Shown in pieces: positions 19,917-29,845 of a stretch of 64,000 nt of DNA. Location of the stretch: contig DAYH01000031.1 in the NCBI GenBank assembly GCA_002506825.1, forward strand, positions 3,465 through 67,464, read 5' to 3'. This DNA comes from Euryarchaeota archaeon UBA103 (lineage in GTDB: Archaea; Thermoplasmatota; Poseidoniia; Poseidoniales; Thalassarchaeaceae). A program made the translations under genes and the position numbers. How positions within the stretch are numbered: position 1 is the first letter of the stretch; each line of letters begins with the position of its first letter. The notes below the pieces were generated by a model. The model worked only from the letters and a program-made list of their open reading frames with translations. It was not told the DNA's origin and did not search any database.

Positions 19917-20918
19917 GTGAACGATGAGGAAAACGGTCCCGACGATGATCTAAAAACCAGGCTTCACGCTATGGAGTCCAGGCTAAGAAGAATGAGGGAT
20001 CAAAGAGCATCTCATAATGAAGACGCTCGAAGGGCAGCTAATTCTAGGAACTCAGTTCAAGAACAATCAAAGGAAATAAGATCTAACATAGAGGAAAAAC
20101 TATCCGAGCAGAAAGAAGTCAGAACTAGGGCAAAGTCACATCAAGCTCAAAGAGATGCCATACAGTCTAGAATAAGGGAAATTATCAACAGCAAGAGAGG
20201 GCGGAGAAATGAAGCTGGTAAAGCCAAGTCAGATGTGGTTGAATTATCAGAAGCGATCGCTGAGATTTCACAAATAGAGAACAAGCTCATGACTGATGGG
20301 ACATTGACTCTAAAGGCGGAGAACAGACTTTTGAGAAAACTGAAAAATTTAGCATCAAGAAGAGACGAACTACTTCCTAAGGCGGCCGAATTCGAAGCCA
20401 TCAACATCGATCTCGGTGATTTGGAAGGAACCATCCAGACTCTGAAGGCAGAAGCAGATGCTCAACATGAAGAGATGAAAAAAGCTCATGAAGAAGCAGA
20501 TGCCATTTGGGAGGAAGTAAAGCCAATGTTGGAAGAACGTGACTTCCTGAGGTCAGAAGGAGACAGGCTTCATGGGATATTCGTGGAGTCCAAAGAATTG
20601 GCTAACTCGGTCCATGCAGAAATTGAGTCTCTGCTGAAAGAGGTGAATGAGGCTAGAGATGAAATGAAGTCGAGAAGGGAGGAAAGGGCTAGAGTGATAA
20701 GGGAACACAATGAGTCCGTCAGAGAAGCCCTCAAGACGCCAGATAAAGACGAGACTCTTGCTGACTCTCTTACAGATAGACTACTCTCAGAGGGTTCACT
20801 AACACTGGGTGGTTCAATGTCAGGAGATCCCCAAGCATCACCCAGTGCAAATACCTCAATTCCGCAGAAAAGAAAGAAATCTAGGAAAGTTGGAGCTTTC
20901 AGGAAAACTAGAAAGTAG
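19917..20918 (+). CDS. Archaeal coiled-coil protein (COG1340-like), paralog 4
   Basis: Heptad-rich; hinge IENKLMTDGTLTLKAENRLL; RLLSEGSLTL; basic tail; GTG start 29 nt after TTCAAG. Confidence 0.75.
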   Translation: MNDEENGPDDDLKTRLHAMESRLRRMRDQRASHNEDARRAANSRNSVQEQSKEIRSNIEEKLSEQKEVRTRAKSHQAQRDAIQSRIREIINSKRGRRNEAGKAKSDVVELSEAIAEISQIENKLMTDGTLTLKAENRLLRKLKNLASRRDELLPKAAEFEAINIDLGDLEGTIQTLKAEADAQHEEMKKAHEEADAIWEEVKPMLEERDFLRSEGDRLHGIFVESKELANSVHAEIESLLKEVNEARDEMKSRREERARVIREHNESVREALKTPDKDETLADSLTDRLLSEGSLTLGGSMSGDPQASPSANTSIPQKRKKSRKVGAFRKTRK

Positions 20919-20920
20919 TA

Positions 20921-21922
20921 CTACCATCCTCTTTCTTCAAGTCTTACCGCAAGCGTCTCAATCTCCAGTCCAGGCATAGCTTCACCAATCATCGAGCAAG
21001 CCTCAGAAACAATAGAAGGGTCATTGTAGTGGTGTGTAGCCATTACTATGGCTTCCGCAGTGTTAGCTGGATCAGAGCTCTTGAAGATACCAGAGCCAAC
21101 GAATACTCCGTCCATTCCATGGCTCATCATCAAAGCCGCGTCTGCTGGAGTGGCAATTCCTCCCGCAGAAAAAGTGACAACTGGCAAGCGCTTACTTTCG
21201 ACTACGTCTGCAAGAACTGACTCTACTTCGGCATACAAATCTTCCATTTCTCCAAAGGGCGTAGTTTTGGAGCTAATATTAAGATTCGATCCTCTCTTTA
21301 CTCGATGGTAACCATCCATTATGGAAGTCATTATCTCATCATATCTTTCACTATCAGAATCCGTGTTTACTTCACAAAGATACTCTATTTCTTTACTCAC
21401 AACAACAGCATGTTGTACGGCACTAACGACATTTCCTGTACCTGCCTCTCCCTTGGTTCTAATCATGGCGGCGCCCTCTGCTATTCTTCTGACAGCTTCT
21501 CCTAGGTTTGTGCAACCACATACAAATGGAATAGTGAAATTATTCTTAGGGATGTGGAAGAATGGATCAGCAGGAGTTAATACCTCAGACTCATCTATCA
21601 TGTCTACTCCTAATTGCTCTAAAACCCGTGCTTCTTCACTATGCCCAATCCTTGCTTTAGCCATAACTGGGATACTAGTAGTTTCTATTATCTCCTCGAT
21701 CATCTGGGGGTGACTCATTCTCGCAACTCCGCCCATCGCACGAATATCTGCTGGAACTCTCTCTAAAGCCATGACCGAAACTGCACCTGCATCCTCAGCT
21801 ATGTGAGCTTCTTCAGGGGTCACAACATCCATGATTACGCCGCCCTCTTGCATTTTGGCAAAACCCCTCTTCAGGAGCTCGGTTCCGTGACGCATCTTTG
21901 TCATATCAAAGGAGGTAGTCAT
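20921..21922 (-). CDS. pdxS: Pyridoxal 5'-phosphate synthase lyase subunit
   Basis: [51 protein letters not shown]. Confidence 0.97.
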   Translation of the reverse strand: MTTSFDMTKMRHGTELLKRGFAKMQEGGVIMDVVTPEEAHIAEDAGAVSVMALERVPADIRAMGGVARMSHPQMIEEIIETTSIPVMAKARIGHSEEARVLEQLGVDMIDESEVLTPADPFFHIPKNNFTIPFVCGCTNLGEAVRRIAEGAAMIRTKGEAGTGNVVSAVQHAVVVSKEIEYLCEVNTDSDSERYDEIMTSIMDGYHRVKRGSNLNISSKTTPFGEMEDLYAEVESVLADVVESKRLPVVTFSAGGIATPADAALMMSHGMDGVFVGSGIFKSSDPANTAEAIVMATHHYNDPSIVSEACSMIGEAMPGLEIETLAVRLEERGW

Positions 21923-21975
21923 GAGTATCGCTGTAATAGCTCACTCAAGAACCTATGTAATAATTATCTTAACAA

Positions 21976-22248
21976 TTAGGCTAGAACTGGTGAGTCGCCC
22001 TCTGCAATGGGCAGATCTGGTGCTTCTTCTTCATTCCTGTCAAGCCATGACTCGAACTCATCTGGGAGATCAGTATCTGCAAAAATAGCCTCAACAGGGC
22101 ACTCCGCTACGCACGCCGCACAATCAATACACTCGTCTGGGTCGATAACCAAATAATTATCAGCTTCTCTGAAGGCTTCAACAGGACAAACAGATACGCA
22201 ATCTTGGTATTTGTGGTCGACACATGCTGAAGTGACTACGTGGGTCAT
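21976..22248 (-). CDS. fdxA: 7Fe ([3Fe-4S][4Fe-4S]) ferredoxin, FdxA type
   Basis: MTHVVT..C...KY.DCV.VCPV, IDPDECIDCAACVAECPVEAIF. Confidence 0.9.
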   Translation of the reverse strand: MTHVVTSACVDHKYQDCVSVCPVEAFREADNYLVIDPDECIDCAACVAECPVEAIFADTDLPDEFESWLDRNEEEAPDLPIAEGDSPVLA

Positions 22249-22315
22249 GTTACTCTACCCTCACTATCTAGTCAATACATTTGAAGTCTTGCTCTGATTC
22301 ATAACCAAGGAATAA

Positions 22316-22747
22316 CTATGCCATGCTTCTTAGCAAATCCGTGATGACCTCAATATGATCATCCCCGGGATAAGCCTCAATTTTGAAAACGCCCTTCACG
22401 AAAGCCTCGCTTCTGCCTTTTGAGCATAGCCTAACTTCTCCCTTCACAAGACTAGACAGACTAATTCTCAAGTGCAGATTTTTATCCTCATCAACTCTCA
22501 TTTGCAAACCATCTGAAAGGAGTTCGAGAAGAGTATCTCTACCAAGTCTCTTAAGACACTCTCTAGCCAATTTTTTTCTCTCAAGCTTAACAATCCCAGT
22601 GATCAATAATGGTCCATGAAATGACTTCTCTTCTACCCATTTGACGCACTCATCAATCCCTGATAGCCATTCTAGCGATTCCTGCACAAGTGCAACATCA
22701 TCTAGCTCGCAAGCATGAACTCGCCACTCGCCCCGGAGTACACCCAT
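22316..22747 (-). CDS. Predicted archaeal RNA-binding protein (COG1325-like)
   Basis: VHACE..D.V..SL, SFHG, RVDE..LHLRI, KIEAYP. Confidence 0.65.
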   Translation of the reverse strand: MGVLRGEWRVHACELDDVALVQESLEWLSGIDECVKWVEEKSFHGPLLITGIVKLERKKLARECLKRLGRDTLLELLSDGLQMRVDEDKNLHLRISLSSLVKGEVRLCSKGRSEAFVKGVFKIEAYPGDDHIEVITDLLRSMA

Positions 22748-22874
22748 ATTACCAGGTGGCAATAGGCCATTCATAGTCACTTACCTATGTGACCATCATT
22801 AGGGCCTGTTTCAAATACTAAGTGTAGGTCGCAAGGCCGCAGGCGGGGAAGCCCCCGATAATGAGGTCGTTGTA

Positions 22875-23756
22875 ATGGCAAAGGGAGCAAAGGCAAGAGC
22901 AGCGGCACGAAGGCAGAAAGATAAGTGGAAGTCCAAGAGATGGTTTTCCATAAGGGCACCAAGAAATCCATGGTCATTCAGAGTAATAGGCGAGACTCTC
23001 GCAGAAGATCCAGAAATGCTGATTGGTAGAAATTATGAGATCATGCAGAATGAACTCGATGGCGACTTCTCAAAGATGCATGTTAAGATCAGATTCAGAG
23101 TTTCTGATGTCCTGGGGAGTGATGCAATCACTGAATTCATTGGCCACCAGATGATGCAAGACCACGTCAGAAGGCAAGTAAGAAGAGAAAGGGGCAAAAT
23201 CGATGATACTGTAGACGTAGTGACAGAAGATGGATTCTATGTCAGATTCAAGCCATTAATTCTTACAAGAGAAAGGGTCAAGTCTAGTCAGAAGAACGAG
23301 ATTAGGTCTGTAGCTAGGGACACTATTCTGAAAGCCGGAGCATCCTCAACTTGGGTCTCCATGCAAAAATCCGTAATGGACGGGGAGCTTGAGGCACTAA
23401 TTAAGGAAGAAGCATCTAAGATTAGTCCGATAAGAATGGCCATGATAAGGAGGACTCAATTAATTCAATCTGGAGTAGTCACCAATGATGGTCCAACATT
23501 AGAGGAAATCATCGCTGAAGAGGAAGCGACTAGAAAAGCCGTCCAAGAGACAGTGGATGTCGAGGATGAAAACGAATCTCAGGATCTAAATGTAGATGAA
23601 TTAGACGACTCTGGGGCTGATGTAGAAACTGAAGACTCAGATGAAGAAATTGACTATGAAAGTATGACTGTAGCACAACTAAAAGCAGTACTCAAAGAAG
23701 CGGGCAAACCAGTATCAGGTAAAAAGGCAGATTTAATCTCTAGAATAATGGAGTGA
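22875..23756 (+). CDS. rps3ae: 30S ribosomal protein S3Ae (eS1) with acidic linker and C-terminal SAP-like domain
   Basis: KDKWKSKRWFSIRAP, IGET.A, IGR..E, T.DGF.VR; tail YESMTVAQLKAVLKEAGKPVSGKKADLISRI. Confidence 0.93.
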   Translation: MAKGAKARAAARRQKDKWKSKRWFSIRAPRNPWSFRVIGETLAEDPEMLIGRNYEIMQNELDGDFSKMHVKIRFRVSDVLGSDAITEFIGHQMMQDHVRRQVRRERGKIDDTVDVVTEDGFYVRFKPLILTRERVKSSQKNEIRSVARDTILKAGASSTWVSMQKSVMDGELEALIKEEASKISPIRMAMIRRTQLIQSGVVTNDGPTLEEIIAEEEATRKAVQETVDVEDENESQDLNVDELDDSGADVETEDSDEEIDYESMTVAQLKAVLKEAGKPVSGKKADLISRIME

Positions 23757-23760
23757 AATT

Positions 23761-24534
23761 ATGGCCCGCGTCGCGGTGATTTGTGGAACCGGGATGAGTG
23801 CATTATCAGATGAATTTGATGTGACCGAGGAAAAATCAACTATTCGAGTTGATACTGATTGGGGCGAAGTACCTGTAACAATCATCAAAATTCCAGAAGG
23901 TACAGTTGCAGTTATTGACAGGCACCATTCGTCAGAGGGAAAAAGAACCCCTCCTCACAAGATAGAACACAGGGCCAATATCATGGCCGTCAGTAGTCTA
24001 CAAGTCGATTTGATAATTAGCATAAATTCAGTTGGTTCAATGAGGGATGATATGCCTCCGGGAACAATTGGAATAACTATTGATGTACTAGATTTAGCAG
24101 TCAAACCATGGACGTTTTTTGATGACCATGCCGTACACTTCGACAGAACATCACAATTCAACAAGGAAGCTATGGATATATGCATGAATTCACTTTCTAA
24201 GACCCAGGGAATATGTCCTAGTGACGTCATTGTTGCACAGTGCGTCGGCCCTCAGTTCGAGTCCCCCTCAGAGATTTCAGCTCTGGAGAGACTTGGTGCC
24301 GATACAGTGGGCATGACACTAGGGCCTGAGAGTAGATTAGTTTCTGAAATTGGAACCCCATATCTGGCTTTAGCGTGCTCATCAAATTGGGCCGCAGGAA
24401 GAGATCCCAATGACCCAGAAGCAAACATAGATCATAGCGCTGTAGATCATCTAGCTTCAACCATGAGGTCTCAAATCTCTACATGCATAGTATCTCTTCT
24501 CAGTGAGTTTCAAGACATCGAAGGTGAAAGTTGA
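23761..24534 (+). CDS. mtnP: MTAP-family purine nucleoside phosphorylase
   Basis: AVICGTG, T.WG, PPHKIEHRAN, SVGS, GPQFESPSE, D.VGMT..PE, SNWAAG. Confidence 0.88.
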   Translation: MARVAVICGTGMSALSDEFDVTEEKSTIRVDTDWGEVPVTIIKIPEGTVAVIDRHHSSEGKRTPPHKIEHRANIMAVSSLQVDLIISINSVGSMRDDMPPGTIGITIDVLDLAVKPWTFFDDHAVHFDRTSQFNKEAMDICMNSLSKTQGICPSDVIVAQCVGPQFESPSEISALERLGADTVGMTLGPESRLVSEIGTPYLALACSSNWAAGRDPNDPEANIDHSAVDHLASTMRSQISTCIVSLLSEFQDIEGES

Positions 24535-24559
24535 TTTCTCTCCTATCCGTGCGAATATC

Positions 24560-24952
24560 ATGTCTAGGAAGATTAGTGTTAATGATTGGTTGTCTGACGA
24601 GATAAATTCAACTCCCGATGGATCGTGGGATACTATGATGGAAAGAGTAGCAAAATTTCACCATAAACATTCATTTGAATCACCTCAAAATAATGGGCAT
24701 GATATGGGTTACAGGCTGGCACTGACTGTTGAAGAGCTGGGTGAATTATCAGCGGCCATAACAAAGGGCAAGCCCAAATCTGAGGCTTCGGAAGAGTTAG
24801 CAGATCTTCTAATACTAATTCTCGGACATTCTCTGGCTATGAAGGTGGATCTTGAATCCGAATTCCACAAGAAAATAGATAAAATCATGCAAAGAGAATC
24901 AAAAAAAGGAGGTCTCGGAATAAGAGTTACAGAATATAGGGACCAGAGCTAA
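24560..24952 (+). CDS. MazG-like NTP pyrophosphohydrolase
   Basis: LTVEELGEL ... EELADLL all-alpha NTP-PPase motif. Confidence 0.85.
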   Translation: MSRKISVNDWLSDEINSTPDGSWDTMMERVAKFHHKHSFESPQNNGHDMGYRLALTVEELGELSAAITKGKPKSEASEELADLLILILGHSLAMKVDLESEFHKKIDKIMQRESKKGGLGIRVTEYRDQS

Positions 24953-25998
24953 ACCTCGACCAGCTTCTCTAATTGAGGTGTACTCAGCTGAATGCCGTAT
25001 TCATCCTGTAAGTCATAAGCTGCCATATTGATTGCATTCCTCACTAGTAACAGCTGGTAAGGTCTTTCCAATACGTATGTCAGCCTCCATATCGCAGCGT
25101 TGTTTGAGTTTTCCCTAATGGTTATTTTTGGCTCTCTTAGTGAGTCCAGTGAAGAGCTAGAATCTGAAACTGTTTTGTATACCGCATTTAGATAATTCTT
25201 GACATCTTCGCTAGGGACTCCATATCCTATGTTGAACTCAATGAAATCCTTGAACGGACCTCCTTTTGATTTTCTGAGATAATCGGTCCTGTATTGAAGA
25301 AGATTATAATTTGGGATCTCTATGTCGTGCCCTTGGGCCAAGTCTCTTATTCTTGTTTGAAGGCCCCTAATTTCTAGGATAATTCCAAGAATTCCCGCTT
25401 CAGGAATTGAGATTACATCCCCTCTCCTTGCACTGTTCCCACCAATAACCAGAATTCCACTAAGGAAATCCCTCAACCAGTAGTCCTTGGTTGTAAAAAC
25501 TATCAATGCAAGGAATCCAATCACTCCAGTAGTTTCCAATAGGCCCGTAATGTCCCAGACATTTATGAGTCCGATAAGGACAGTCATCACGATGACTGAA
25601 AACGCCACTAATTCCAGAGTTCTCGAGGTCGGAGTCTCTACCTTTCTCGAAACCCCCATTACCTCAATATCTTCTCCGTATTTTGAAAGAAGAAGAGCCT
25701 CTATTGCGCTGAATACTAGATATGATGCGAGAAGGGTGAGAGATGTCCTACTCACCTCATCCGCTGGAAAACCCTCGTCCACCAATATCAGGGAAGCGAT
25801 GAAAGAAACGAATACCAAAAGATTGAATCCGTGTAGTAGCCTAGTTCTGGATTTTATAGTATCCTCATCAATATCTCTGTGATGCGAAACAATACTGTTG
25901 GAGAAGAAATAAACGAAGATATTGAATGCGAATGTGAAATACTCAATCCCCGCAAGATCTGCAAATCTATCTGTGAGAATCCCGTATATGTCAGCCAT
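24949..25998 (-). CDS. Small-conductance mechanosensitive channel (MscS family)
   Basis: Several TM helices, then L.DFLSGI..., GDVISI, G.I.EI.G..T.IR, IPN, IGYG. Confidence 0.85.
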   Translation of the reverse strand: MADIYGILTDRFADLAGIEYFTFAFNIFVYFFSNSIVSHHRDIDEDTIKSRTRLLHGFNLLVFVSFIASLILVDEGFPADEVSRTSLTLLASYLVFSAIEALLLSKYGEDIEVMGVSRKVETPTSRTLELVAFSVIVMTVLIGLINVWDITGLLETTGVIGFLALIVFTTKDYWLRDFLSGILVIGGNSARRGDVISIPEAGILGIILEIRGLQTRIRDLAQGHDIEIPNYNLLQYRTDYLRKSKGGPFKDFIEFNIGYGVPSEDVKNYLNAVYKTVSDSSSSLDSLREPKITIRENSNNAAIWRLTYVLERPYQLLLVRNAINMAAYDLQDEYGIQLSTPQLEKLVEV

Positions 25999-26047
25999 AA
26001 ACCAGCCATTGTATGTCAATGAATTAAGATATTGCCTAATTACTTGG

Positions 26048-26506
26048 TTATCGCCCTCTCTTAAGGGCATCAATGGAGACTCCAGAAATCCAAAGGCTGA
26101 CCAAGATTCCAGCAATTTGTAGTAGTAATCTGACTACATGTCCAGTAGAAGACAAAGACTCTCCTCCTCCCAACTCAATATCATATATCCACATGTACAG
26201 ATTAGCAGGGTATAAGATGACCAGAAGTACAGCACTCGAGATGCCAGCCCTTTCTCTGTAATATGTTCCAGAGTCAAAGATAATCTCTACGCCAGAAGCC
26301 ATAAGTCCAATACCAACTAATATTTCTGCCACTCCACTGATTAAAACCCAAAATTTCGCATACCCTATTACTGATGGCACTATCGGCTCAAACCATTTAG
26401 TATCTGTGAAATGTAACACCCCGACATAGAAAAAGAATGCTCCACCCGAAATGGCACATATCCATTTGAGATGGATCAATTGATTCACAAAAACGTAAGA
26501 ATCCAT
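26048..26506 (-). CDS. DoxX-like membrane protein
   Basis: G..HF, F..IVP, SGVAEI..G.GL, YPAN.YM, RL.LQ. Confidence 0.7.
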   Translation of the reverse strand: MDSYVFVNQLIHLKWICAISGGAFFFYVGVLHFTDTKWFEPIVPSVIGYAKFWVLISGVAEILVGIGLMASGVEIIFDSGTYYRERAGISSAVLLVILYPANLYMWIYDIELGGGESLSSTGHVVRLLLQIAGILVSLWISGVSIDALKRGR

Positions 26507-26507
26507 A

Positions 26508-27017
26508 TTACTGCCGCTTCCATACGGAATAAGTCGTCCTAAACTCGTTCCTTTCATCAATTACCGTCTCTTCTACCTTTTCTTCAGTCCAATTATCTCG
26601 ATTCCAATGTGGAAATCTTACACTTCCACTATCAGAAGTATGGACTGTAGTGACATGAATTTCGTTGACGTGTTCTAGAAACATCTCATAGATTTGTGCA
26701 CCGCCAATAATCCAGCATTCTTCACAACCGTCCGCATAAGCTATTTCGATCGCTCTCCCGGGGTACAATGCATTTTCTGCGTTTTCATGTTCCCATCCAG
26801 TATTTCTAGACATCACGATATTGAGTCTTTCAGGCAGAGGTTGAAAGCTCTCAGGTAGTGAATCCCATGTTTTCCTACCCATAACTACCGCATTGAATCC
26901 GTCTCCCTCGGTGAGTTTCTTGAATCTGGATAAATCACCCGATAGTTTCCAAGGCAGTTCATTACCTAGTCCAATATATCCGTCTTCATCCATGGCTACT
27001 ATCATAGATATGTTCAA
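26508..27017 (-). CDS. folA: Dihydrofolate reductase
   Basis: IVA, IG..N.LPW.L..D...FK..T, VVMGRKTWDS, PL..R.NIV.SR, IIGGAQIY. Confidence 0.96.
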   Translation of the reverse strand: MNISMIVAMDEDGYIGLGNELPWKLSGDLSRFKKLTEGDGFNAVVMGRKTWDSLPESFQPLPERLNIVMSRNTGWEHENAENALYPGRAIEIAYADGCEECWIIGGAQIYEMFLEHVNEIHVTTVHTSDSGSVRFPHWNRDNWTEEKVEETVIDERNEFRTTYSVWKRQ

Positions 27018-27026
27018 TTTATCACC

Positions 27027-27821
27027 TCAAACTGAAATCGGAGCAGGAATATGGGGATGATGCTCGTAGTTCAGTATTTTGATACTCGAGTAGTTGAAAC
27101 CATCTATCGAATTAATATCCGTGTCCAACTCAAGCTCAGGTAGTGGGAGAGGCTCACGTCTAATCTGCTCCTTGGCCTGATTAATGTGATTACTGTAAAG
27201 ATGACAGTCCCCTCCAGTCCATATGAACTCCCCCGGCTTAAGATTACAAACTTGAGCAATCATGCATGTCAATAGGCTGTATGAGGAGATATTGAACGGC
27301 ACTCCAAGAAAAGCATCAGCACTTCTTTGGTAAAGTTGACAGGATAGTCTTCCCTCCCTAACATAAAACTGAAAGAAAGCATGACAAGGCATCAATGCCA
27401 TCTTATCCAATTCCCCAACATTCCATGCTGAAACTATTATTCTGCGACTTTCTGGATTATCCTTTATCATCTCCACTGCATTACTAATCTGATCTACTAC
27501 TCTCCCATCAGGAGTTTCCCACTTCCTCCATTGCTTTCCATAAACAGGACCTAGATCACCATTCTCATCCGCCCACTCATTCCAAATTCTAACTCCGTTA
27601 TCCCTCAGATAACCTACATTGGTTTCGCCAGATAGGAACCAAAGAAGCTCGTGAATAACGCTGGGCCAATGCAACTTCTTTGTAGTCACGGCAGGTAAGC
27701 CATCAGATAGATCAAACCTCATCTGATGACCAAATAATGAGATGGTCCCTGTCCCTGTCCTATCTTCCTTCAACGAACCCTCTTCGAGGATACGTCGTAG
27801 GAAGTCCAGGTATTGCTCCAT
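27027..27821 (-). CDS. thyA: Thymidylate synthase (bacterial ThyA type)
   Basis: DRTGTGT, ELLWFL.G, LGPVYG.QWR, MALMPCH, QRSAD.FLGVPFN; 264 aa from ATG 27821. Confidence 0.97.
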   Translation of the reverse strand: MEQYLDFLRRILEEGSLKEDRTGTGTISLFGHQMRFDLSDGLPAVTTKKLHWPSVIHELLWFLSGETNVGYLRDNGVRIWNEWADENGDLGPVYGKQWRKWETPDGRVVDQISNAVEMIKDNPESRRIIVSAWNVGELDKMALMPCHAFFQFYVREGRLSCQLYQRSADAFLGVPFNISSYSLLTCMIAQVCNLKPGEFIWTGGDCHLYSNHINQAKEQIRREPLPLPELELDTDINSIDGFNYSSIKILNYEHHPHIPAPISV

Positions 27822-27863
27822 TATACCTACGTATAGTTGGCAGTCCTTCAAGGATGCGGCTAT

Positions 27864-28640
27864 TCAGGGTGCTCCCATTTCTTTGATAGTACCCATCAAT
27901 TGATCTGTGAACTTACGATATAGGGATTTCATAATGGAGCCTCTACCATGTTCGTCTATTGATTTTAGACTCTCCAATTGACTCTTCGAGAAGTCTCCCC
28001 CATCGGCCGAAACAAGCCATTCTCCGAATGTAACAGACTCTCCTATGTGGACATCTATTCTTTTCCAGAACCTAATAAAATTCGCACCCGGCGGCATCAC
28101 TTCCCTAGACCCAATAATTGAGATTGGAAATACAGGCACTCCGGGAAAGCTGGCCGCGAGCCTAGCCACTCCGGTCTTTCCATCTTGGAGGTAGGGCGGC
28201 GCGTCATTTCTTGATCTGGTACCTTCGGGAAATATTCCCAATGCAAAGCCCGAACTCAACACATCATGAGCGCGAGATAGAGCATCTCTGCCTCCTTCCG
28301 ACCTTAGTGTCTCTATCATTCCGTTACTTCTCATGATAAATCGGTTGGGTTGCTTCTGAAAGTGCCCCTCCTTAGCGAGATAAAATACCTGCCTTCTAGC
28401 CGCAAGGATTTTGAAGATAGGGTCCAAATTAGATACGTGGTTAGAAGTTATAATCATCGCTCCTTTTCTAGGAATTCTTTCTAGGCCGGTGTAGTTAACA
28501 TTGAAAAAAAATCTAACAATTGGAGAAAGGAACCTTATCAAAAATCGGTAAATCAAAGGGACTGAGAATGACTCACCAGTACCGCCAATATCCGATAGAT
28601 AAGAGAACGTACGTAAGTCCTCTGAAGTAAGTTCGGCCAC
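27864..28640 (-). CDS. plsC: Lysophospholipid acyltransferase (PlsC family)
   Basis: SNHVSNLD (HX4D), YLAKE, IFPEGTRS, KTGVARLA, P.SIIG. Confidence 0.9.
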   Translation of the reverse strand: MAELTSEDLRTFSYLSDIGGTGESFSVPLIYRFLIRFLSPIVRFFFNVNYTGLERIPRKGAMIITSNHVSNLDPIFKILAARRQVFYLAKEGHFQKQPNRFIMRSNGMIETLRSEGGRDALSRAHDVLSSGFALGIFPEGTRSRNDAPPYLQDGKTGVARLAASFPGVPVFPISIIGSREVMPPGANFIRFWKRIDVHIGESVTFGEWLVSADGGDFSKSQLESLKSIDEHGRGSIMKSLYRKFTDQLMGTIKEMGAP

Positions 28641-28719
28641 ATGTCTCCGAAAGAGAAAGGGATTTCACTCTTTGTGGTGCAATGGCAAATATTCTAGGCA
28701 TTTGCCCCGTGCGAGTTAC

Positions 28720-29817
28720 ATGCCGGCACGTAAATCACTATCGCTAGCATTGGCATCATTATTTCTAATTCCAATAATTTCGCCTAGTGTAGCTGGAGAG
28801 TGGACGGATGATGGTTGGCTAACCAATCTTATTGGTCCCGAGAGGATGGAAAATGGAGATGAATTTGGCTGTCATGGATTTCAAGGAATAGATACCATCG
28901 AAGAAAACTGGGTCATAGATGCATGCAAAGACTACCTAGTCAGCCATACTGATTCTTCCAGATGGGGCAAGAACCCGGTTTCTTTCGGCATAGTCGGCGA
29001 TTTCATAGATAATCAAACTACTAATTCGTTGGTAAACTCCGGCTTTCTAATCACGGGTGATATGATTGATACTCCACTAGAAGGACTTAGATCGTTCCCA
29101 AGGAATGGGGGTAGCATTGAGAAGAACTCAGCTAACATGGAACTACTTGAGTCCGCCGAAGAGGACTCTTTGGTGAGTATCTGGTGGAGGGCCAGGGTTG
29201 ATGATATCAAGGTCAGGGAGGACAAGAGCCTAATCTCTTGGCTAGAGGACCAAGAAGTATGGTTTACTACATGGGGGGAATGGTATTTCCATGAAATATC
29301 GAGTAGCAGTATTGAAGTCAAAGTCGAAGGAAACAAGATAATAATATCCAATCCTACATCATCCGGAGAATGGGATGTGCCAGGGTCCGTCAGTGTTGAA
29401 ATAGATGGAAATATCCTTGAAGTCTACAACGATAAAGGTGAGCAATTTCCAGATATCAGTTCCACAGAAAGGAAGCTAAAACAGGGTTGGAGAACACATG
29501 AATATGGAGCGTTTTTCACAGTAATGCCCGGAACCTCAGTTGAGGCAACTATCGATAAAAATAATGATAACGTTTCGTATAGTCCATTGGACACATTCAA
29601 TAATTTGCATCATGCTGTTACTATTGTTGGCCATCATACAACTAATCTCTTCCACTGGTCTTCAGACTTTCAGGAGTCAATTTTGACATTCACATGGTTA
29701 GTTGAAAGGCCTTCCGAGGAGGAGATAAATTGGAGCCTCCCAATAATCGCATTATCAGTTTTGATAGCAGTTCCGATTATTGTGAAGAAGATTGTGGAAA
29801 TGGATGACGGGGAATAA
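28720..29817 (+). CDS. Hypothetical secreted protein with C-terminal membrane anchor
   Basis: Signal peptide, acidic extracellular domain (VWFTTWGE), C-terminal TM. Confidence 0.65.
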   Translation: MPARKSLSLALASLFLIPIISPSVAGEWTDDGWLTNLIGPERMENGDEFGCHGFQGIDTIEENWVIDACKDYLVSHTDSSRWGKNPVSFGIVGDFIDNQTTNSLVNSGFLITGDMIDTPLEGLRSFPRNGGSIEKNSANMELLESAEEDSLVSIWWRARVDDIKVREDKSLISWLEDQEVWFTTWGEWYFHEISSSSIEVKVEGNKIIISNPTSSGEWDVPGSVSVEIDGNILEVYNDKGEQFPDISSTERKLKQGWRTHEYGAFFTVMPGTSVEATIDKNNDNVSYSPLDTFNNLHHAVTIVGHHTTNLFHWSSDFQESILTFTWLVERPSEEEINWSLPIIALSVLIAVPIIVKKIVEMDDGE

Positions 29818-29845
29818 TATCCCAAATAAATATCGAAATGTCCCA

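Noticed and set aside
21230-21400. Insertion in PdxS relative to bacterial PdxS
   Set aside because: PdxS of about 335 aa with this insert is usual in several archaeal groups
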